Of a stretch of DNA of 63,977 bases, positions 58,068 through 63,977 are shown one piece after another. Made by a program: the position numbers and the translations under genes. Origin of the DNA: an uncultured Clostridia bacterium. Lineage in GTDB: Bacteria > Bacillota > Clostridia > TANB77 > CAG-508. Under the pieces are notes generated by a model that did not search any database, was not told the origin of the DNA, and saw only the letters and a list, made by a program, of their open reading frames with translations. Position 1 is the stretch's first letter, and each line of letters starts with the position of its first letter. The stretch is from NCBI GenBank assembly GCA_944387425.1, contig CALXEV010000004.1, positions 1 through 63,977 of the forward strand, given 5' to 3'.

Positions 58068-60578
58068 TTAATAATATAATCTATAACAAATATCCATATC
58101 AACTGCTCCATTTATTCCATCTATAGTTCCCATATCAGTATATTGCCACATATCATATTGATTTGAATATCTGTATACATCTGATTCTGCTGGAAATTGC
58201 CCATTTGAGCTAAAATTAAAGTTTGCTACCCATAGTGAATAATCTCCAGGAAGTGCTGATAAGCTAATACTATCATTGAAGAAGTTTTCATATGAATAGA
58301 CTCCTACTTTAAATCCCGCATTTTTTAATATTTCACAATATGTAATTGCTATTTGTGCTGTTAAATCTTTACCTAGATTTACTTGTGTTGAATCTTCTAC
58401 ATCAAAAAATATTGGTAAGTCAAAGTCTGTACAGCCTGTACTCTTTAAGTAATTAACTGTTGCTTCAGCTTCTCTTCTAGCTTCATCAATACTTGTTGCA
58501 TATGAGTAAAAATATGCACCTAGTGGGATATTTCTAGCTTTTGCTTCTCTATAATTTCTTTCAAATTGTTCATCTACATTCAATTGTCTCTTACTTTCAC
58601 TATACCATGCTATTCTTGGTATGATATAGTCTATTTTATTACTTGCCACTAATTGGTCAAAATTTATTTCACCTTGCCATTTAGATACATCTATTCCCAC
58701 AAAATGTCTTTGCTCTTTTTCTTTTAATCCTATAATTACTGCCTCTATTTTTTTGTTTTGACCTGTTGTTCCTGAGATTTCATCATCTATATTCCATCCA
58801 GTCCATCCTTTGTCTTGTACATGAGTTTTATATTCTATTGTATAATCATCTAATCCTACTAATCTAATTTTGATTGATTCTATTTTTAAGCCTTGTCCCA
58901 ATACGCCTGAAACTTCTCCATCTCTTACATAGTCAGTCCAACCTATATTCTCAACATGGGTTGAATATTCTACATGTGCTCCTTCTGGTGCATTTGTTAA
59001 TTCTATACTAATTGCTTCTACTTTTCTATCTTCTCCAGTTGTACCTGAAATTTCTCCATCTGTTTGTATTGTATCTTCTTTTATTGATGAACCTTGTAAA
59101 TATGTATAATATTCTAGTCCAATTTCATTTGGATACTCATTTTTTTCTTTTATTAGTCTAATTTGAATTGCTTCGATTTTTTTATCTTGTGAAATCTTTC
59201 CTGCTATTTCTCCATTTTTTACCCAGTTCATCCATCCTACATCTTGAACATGTACTCTATATTGTACAGAATATTCATCTGTTCCTTCTAGTTTTATTCT
59301 AATTCCAAATACTTTTTTGTTTAAACCTGTTGTTCCTGAAATTTCACCATTACTTGACCATTCTTTCCAGCCATCATTTTCTACATATGTTTTATATTTA
59401 ATTGCTACATTTTCTGGTGCATTATTTAAATTGATTTTTATTGCTTCTATTTTTTTATTTTGTCCTGTTGTTCCTGAAATATCATATTCTGGTTTTGTAT
59501 CTTCCCAGCCTAAATCTTGAACATGTGAACTATATGCTACTGACATTTGAGCTGTTTCTTTAGGTACTATCCTTATTTGAATCGCTTCTATTTTTTTTGC
59601 ATCTCCTAAGTTTCCAGAGATTTCTCCATCATATGCCCAATCCTGCCAGCCTAAGTCTTGTATATGTGTTCTATATGCAATAGAATATTCGTCTGTCCCT
59701 TCTAAGATAATTCTTATTGCTTCCATTTTCAAATTTTTGCCTGTTGTACCTGAAACTTCTCCACTGTTTCTCCATTGTTGCCAACCTTGATTTTCTACAT
59801 AACCTTTATATTTAATAGTTACACCTTCTAGTGCATTGTTTAAATTAATTTTTATTGCCTCTATTTTTTTATTTTGTCCTGTTGTTCCTGAAATATCATA
59901 TTCTGGTCTTGTCTCTTCCCAGCCTAAGTCTTGAACATGTGAACTATATGATACTGTCATTTGGGCTGTTTCTTTAGGCACTATTTTTATTTCAACTGCT
60001 TCTATTTTTTTATTATCACCTAAATTTCCAGCAATTTCCCCATCATATTCCCAATCCAGCCAACCAAAGTCTTGGATATGTGTTCTATAAGCTACAGAAT
60101 ATTCGTCTGTTCCTTCTAGCCAAATTCTTATTGCTTCCATTTTTAAGTTTTTACCTGTAGTTCCTGTTTGCTCTCCATCTGCCACTATTCCCTGCCAACC
60201 GTTGTCTTCAATATAAGAGGTATATTTAATTTTTATATTTGAATTATTGTTTACTAATCTAATATTTAGTGCTTCTATTTTTTTGTTTTGTCCAGTTGTT
60301 CCTACTTGAGTACCAGCTGTAACATAGTCTTGCCATCCCATATCTTGTACATGTGCTCTATATTCTACTGATAATTCTTCTTGTTTTTGTTCTACTGTTT
60401 GACTTTTTATTTCTTCATCTTCTATAACTTCATCATCTTCTGATTTTTCTTGTTGTTCCATATTATTATCTTCTATACCTAGTGTTACTTTTCCTATAGC
60501 AAATACTTGTGATGAAAGCATTGATATTACTAACAATATTGTTATTAGCATTATCATTGCTCTTTTTAAAACTTTCAT
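58068..60578 (-). CDS. secreted ChW-repeat protein with C-terminal GH25 muramidase domain
   Basis: Signal peptide, ~12 ChW-type repeats (Y.xH(V/I)QDxGW...GTTGxxKxxEAIxI) and a C-terminal GIDVSKWQGEINFDQL GH25-like domain. Confidence 0.85.
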   Translation of the reverse strand: MKVLKRAMIMLITILLVISMLSSQVFAIGKVTLGIEDNNMEQQEKSEDDEVIEDEEIKSQTVEQKQEELSVEYRAHVQDMGWQDYVTAGTQVGTTGQNKKIEALNIRLVNNNSNIKIKYTSYIEDNGWQGIVADGEQTGTTGKNLKMEAIRIWLEGTDEYSVAYRTHIQDFGWLDWEYDGEIAGNLGDNKKIEAVEIKIVPKETAQMTVSYSSHVQDLGWEETRPEYDISGTTGQNKKIEAIKINLNNALEGVTIKYKGYVENQGWQQWRNSGEVSGTTGKNLKMEAIRIILEGTDEYSIAYRTHIQDLGWQDWAYDGEISGNLGDAKKIEAIQIRIVPKETAQMSVAYSSHVQDLGWEDTKPEYDISGTTGQNKKIEAIKINLNNAPENVAIKYKTYVENDGWKEWSSNGEISGTTGLNKKVFGIRIKLEGTDEYSVQYRVHVQDVGWMNWVKNGEIAGKISQDKKIEAIQIRLIKEKNEYPNEIGLEYYTYLQGSSIKEDTIQTDGEISGTTGEDRKVEAISIELTNAPEGAHVEYSTHVENIGWTDYVRDGEVSGVLGQGLKIESIKIRLVGLDDYTIEYKTHVQDKGWTGWNIDDEISGTTGQNKKIEAVIIGLKEKEQRHFVGIDVSKWQGEINFDQLVASNKIDYIIPRIAWYSESKRQLNVDEQFERNYREAKARNIPLGAYFYSYATSIDEARREAEATVNYLKSTGCTDFDLPIFFDVEDSTQVNLGKDLTAQIAITYCEILKNAGFKVGVYSYENFFNDSISLSALPGDYSLWVANFNFSSNGQFPAESDVYRYSNQYDMWQYTDMGTIDGINGAVDMDICYRLYY
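59289..60116 (-). repeat. tandem 414-bp (138-aa, three ChW repeats) duplication inside the ChW-GH25 gene
   Basis: Protein residues 155-292 and 293-430 are near-identical. The DNA at 59461 aligns with 59875, an offset of 414 nt. Confidence 0.85.
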
Positions 60579-62290
60579 TATTTATTCACCTCATTTTTTA
60601 TTTTACTATAAAATGACCTGTTTTTCAATCTATTTCTAAAACAATAAATTATGAAAATTAAGGTACTAAAAATAGAAATTATTTTAGTAACATTCATTAC
60701 TGTAGTTCCAGTATATTCCACCTTTATTGTTCCTGTTTTTTGCTCTGGTATATTAATTTCTAAAAATCCATTTTCTGTTTCAGTTATTGTTATCTCTTCA
60801 TCATTTAATTTTACATTATAGCCTATATAATAGATATATGGTAATTCTATTTTTAAATTTTCTGAAGAGTTTTCTGTTATATCAAAAGTCATATTTGTAC
60901 CTTTTTTATTCTCATTTTCTATTGTAGCATTTCCTTCTAAAATTATAGCTTTATCTTCTCTTTTTTCAATATAATCCATATTTTTTCTAGCATTTGTTGG
61001 AAAATATTCAAAGTTTGAACAATTTAAAGTAGAAAATCTTGCATTACATATTGCAAATGTTTCTACATAAGTTAGATTAAAGAAATATGGTGCAACATAT
61101 ATTAAACAAGCAACAATTGCTACAATCAAATATTTAGTTTCTATTTTTTCAAATTCATAATCTATTGTCATTCCTGCAGCGATACTTAGAAGAAAGGTTG
61201 CTGGCATTAGTAATCTCCAAGGTGCTTGCAATATTGTAAATAAATCAGGCATATATTTCCATGGGAATAATACTGTTGTTGCAAAAGTACAAATTAATCC
61301 TAATATAAGAAAATAGAAATAATCTTTCCTTGTTTCTTTTTTTATCTTTTTAAAGATAAATGGTACTAATAGCAATGGTATTATTATTTGTAAGCCTATT
61401 GCAAAATTCATTTCATTTGTACCATCTCCATCTTGTCCAAGCTCATATGACCTTCCAGGTCTAAAATTGTTGTCAAATAATTGGTTTATATGTAACACTT
61501 GTTTTTCAAAACCTTCTTTTGTCATCATAAATCCTTCATCAAAGGCTGAATAATTAGCAGATAGTTTACTTTCCAATAAAGGTCCATAGAAAAAAAGTAC
61601 AATTAAAATTATGAAAACTGCTGATATTATTAATTTTAATAATATATTTTTATCTTTTAATTTTGTTATATGTATTAGAACATAAATTACTGAAATACCT
61701 GCTATTAACAATGTACTTATATTATGTGATAACACTATTCCAACAGCACCAATTACTATCAAATGAGATTTTTTACCATCTTTGTTAAATAAATTATATA
61801 ATCCTTGAAATAGTATTGGCATAAAAGCAAATGTCATTACTTCTCCTATTGCAAGTCTTACGAAAACATCTGTTAATCTATAAGGTACTGTTAAATAAAT
61901 TACTGCAACTAATAGTGATATTTTTTTCTTTTCGGTAATTTCATACATCAACTTATACATACCTATACCTGAAATAGCTGTTAGTATTACTAATATAAGT
62001 TTTAATACTTCGACATATGTAGGTAATATTAGTTTTAACAATGCCCCCACATATGTGACTAATGGTGGATAAAACAGATTCCAAGAAAATCCGAATCCAT
62101 TTCCCCATTCAATAACAACTTCAGGAAGAAATTGTCCATCCAATATTCCTGAAGTTGTTCCAAAAATTCTTGATATATGAAAGTGTCCATCATGAGTATC
62201 TATAAATCCATCTTTAAATAACGGGATACATACAAATAGTATGGCTATTAGTAAAACAATAATTTCAATATGTTCCTTTATTTTTTTCAT
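60578..62290 (-). CDS. polytopic GT-C-fold membrane glycosyltransferase (YfhO/ArnT-like)
   Basis: More than 10 TM helices, an N-terminal DTHDGHFHISRI loop motif and a C-terminal extracytoplasmic domain. Adjacent to a GT2 gene. Confidence 0.55.
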   Translation of the reverse strand: MKKIKEHIEIIVLLIAILFVCIPLFKDGFIDTHDGHFHISRIFGTTSGILDGQFLPEVVIEWGNGFGFSWNLFYPPLVTYVGALLKLILPTYVEVLKLILVILTAISGIGMYKLMYEITEKKKISLLVAVIYLTVPYRLTDVFVRLAIGEVMTFAFMPILFQGLYNLFNKDGKKSHLIVIGAVGIVLSHNISTLLIAGISVIYVLIHITKLKDKNILLKLIISAVFIILIVLFFYGPLLESKLSANYSAFDEGFMMTKEGFEKQVLHINQLFDNNFRPGRSYELGQDGDGTNEMNFAIGLQIIIPLLLVPFIFKKIKKETRKDYFYFLILGLICTFATTVLFPWKYMPDLFTILQAPWRLLMPATFLLSIAAGMTIDYEFEKIETKYLIVAIVACLIYVAPYFFNLTYVETFAICNARFSTLNCSNFEYFPTNARKNMDYIEKREDKAIILEGNATIENENKKGTNMTFDITENSSENLKIELPYIYYIGYNVKLNDEEITITETENGFLEINIPEQKTGTIKVEYTGTTVMNVTKIISIFSTLIFIIYCFRNRLKNRSFYSKIKNEVNK

Positions 62291-62315
62291 CTTACATCCC
62301 CCAAGAGTTATGTTT

Positions 62316-63260
62316 TTATTTGTCCTTTTTTAAATCTTCATATTGTTTGTATTTTAATAAAGATAATTGATAGTTCTCTCTATTTAATCTTACTACAGTA
62401 TCTAAAATAACACCACATTGTGCTATTATTACAGATAATGTTACTAACCCTGTTGCTAAAATTGCTGAAGGTACTTTGGTTATATATTTTGTTTTAAAGA
62501 ATTCTATAATAACTGGTAATCCAACAATTAAGCCTATTAAAAATAGTATAATTGCAATATATGAGAAAAATCTTAAAGGTTTATAATCTTTGTACATTTT
62601 AAAAATTGTTTTTAATACTTTTAAACCATCACTTACTGTGTTTAATTTTGATACACTTCCTTCTGGTCTATCCCTATATAATATTGGTATTTCTTTTATT
62701 ACAAATCCTTTATCTAAAGCATATAATGACATTTCTGTTTCTATCTCAAATTTGTTTGTCATAACAGGCATATTTTTTACAAATTTTTTGTTAAAAACTC
62801 TGTATCCTGTCATGATATCTTTTAAATCAGTTTTAAATAATACATTTATGCTTTTTTTAACTAGGTTATTTCCAAACTCATGAAAAGGTCTTTTGTTTTC
62901 TTTTTGATATGTTCCATTTGAAAGTCTATCACCTATACACATATCTGCCTTTCCTTCTTCAACTGGTTTAATTAATTCATGTACAAATTCAGCTGGGTAT
63001 GTATCATCACCATCGACCATAATATATAAATCTGCATCTATATCATAAAACATACTTCTTACAACATTACCTTTTCCTTGTTTATATTCATGTCTTAATA
63101 TAGCTCCATTTTTTACTGCTATATCTGCTGTTTTATCTTTTGAATTGTTGTCATAAACATAAATATCTGCATCTGGCAATTCTCTTCTAAAATCTTTAAT
63201 TACTTTCTCTACTGTTAATTCTTCATTATAACATGGTATTAAAACTGCAATTTTACTCAT
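62316..63260 (-). CDS. GT2 polyprenyl-phosphate glycosyltransferase (GtrB/CsbB-like), second copy
   Basis: IAVLIPCYNEE, DNNSKDKT and DGDDTYP motifs plus two C-terminal TM helices. Confidence 0.85.
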   Translation of the reverse strand: MSKIAVLIPCYNEELTVEKVIKDFRRELPDADIYVYDNNSKDKTADIAVKNGAILRHEYKQGKGNVVRSMFYDIDADLYIMVDGDDTYPAEFVHELIKPVEEGKADMCIGDRLSNGTYQKENKRPFHEFGNNLVKKSINVLFKTDLKDIMTGYRVFNKKFVKNMPVMTNKFEIETEMSLYALDKGFVIKEIPILYRDRPEGSVSKLNTVSDGLKVLKTIFKMYKDYKPLRFFSYIAIILFLIGLIVGLPVIIEFFKTKYITKVPSAILATGLVTLSVIIAQCGVILDTVVRLNRENYQLSLLKYKQYEDLKKDK

Positions 63261-63272
63261 ATCTTTTTCTCC

Positions 63273-63977
63273 TTATTTTACTAAATTTAAAATCACTTCA
63301 TTTTCATTTACTCTTTCAATTTTTAATAACTTATTGTTTAGTTCTTCATAGTTATTTGTATTAAAGTCAAAGTTTATTAAACTTCCATATATATCTACAA
63401 ATTGCTTATCTATTTTTGCAATAAATAAATAATCAAATTCTTCATCTATTAGTTTTTTCTCAAATTCTTCTTTTGTTAAATCCAAACTCCAAATATCACT
63501 TTCATAATATTTAGGTCCTAAGCTCCATTCATATAATAAATTTGTTACTATTGGTGAAATAGAGTACCTTAATTTATGATATTCATACCCACCTCCTATA
63601 TTTTGATATATTATATAAACTTTGTCATTTAATTCAACATTTTCTTTTATAATATTTGCTTCTGTTCGGGTTTCATCATCTATTCCTGATAAATTTTTCC
63701 TTGAAGTTATATCTACTATGCTTATTACACTTGTCGGATACAAGCACAACATTATTGCAATAGTAAGTGATAATATAACATTTTTTATTTTACTGTTTAA
63801 TGCTAATCCAACAGTTATTATTATCCACGCAATAAAGTATGTAGACATATATCTTGAATAGCTAGCTAATGCTCGTCCTTCTGTTTCTGTGAATGCGAAC
63901 ATAAATGTTGCTAATAATAATAGGCAATATAATCCAAAACCTATGTTAAGTGCTAATAATATAGTTGCAATTTTCTT
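63273..63977 (-). CDS. membrane protein, partial (N-terminus beyond the window edge)
   Basis: The reading frame stays open from 63902 to the window end (25 more sense codons). It has TM helices plus a C-terminal soluble part and is probably another GT-C-type protein. Confidence 0.5.
   Translation of the reverse strand, partial: KKIATILLALNIGFGLYCLLLLATFMFAFTETEGRALASYSRYMSTYFIAWIIITVGLALNSKIKNVILSLTIAIMLCLYPTSVISIVDITSRKNLSGIDDETRTEANIIKENVELNDKVYIIYQNIGGGYEYHKLRYSISPIVTNLLYEWSLGPKYYESDIWSLDLTKEEFEKKLIDEEFDYLFIAKIDKQFVDIYGSLINFDFNTNNYEELNNKLLKIERVNENEVILNLVK

Overview
About 64 kb of a very AT-rich, low-GC Firmicute chromosome. sleB, sigE, ricT/yaaT and a SpoVD-like PBP suggest a spore-former. 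Nearly all genes are on the minus strand. The window contains: (i) the complete S10-spc-alpha ribosomal protein cluster (rpsJ at 19412 down to rplQ at 3206), including secY, adk, map, infA and an unlisted rpmJ, but no L30 gene; (ii) a three-gene island of uncharacterised proteins (19853-24706) where tuf/fus usually sit upstream of S10; (iii) housekeeping genes (comEB, divergent SecDF-like pair, holB, lepB, ricT, fmt, rsmA, dprA, a frameshifted comM); (iv) part of the dcw cluster (murE, mraY, ftsW, murG); (v) a stand-alone sigE; (vi) a cell-envelope glycosylation block (two GT2 + GT-C modules, LtaS-like, galE, ChW-repeat GH25 muramidase). I found no rRNA, tRNA, CRISPR array, transposase or prophage genes. 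The least expected signal is non-coding: two families of intergenic repeats that sit just downstream of minus-strand stop codons. Family 1 is a modular mosaic of short hairpins with GC-rich cores (five clusters). Family 2 is a ~90-nt element (four copies) with outer arms that pair perfectly within a copy but differ between copies, enclosing a conserved asymmetric core. Neither matches a motif class I recognise. All functional calls come from reading the ORF translations; no database search was run.
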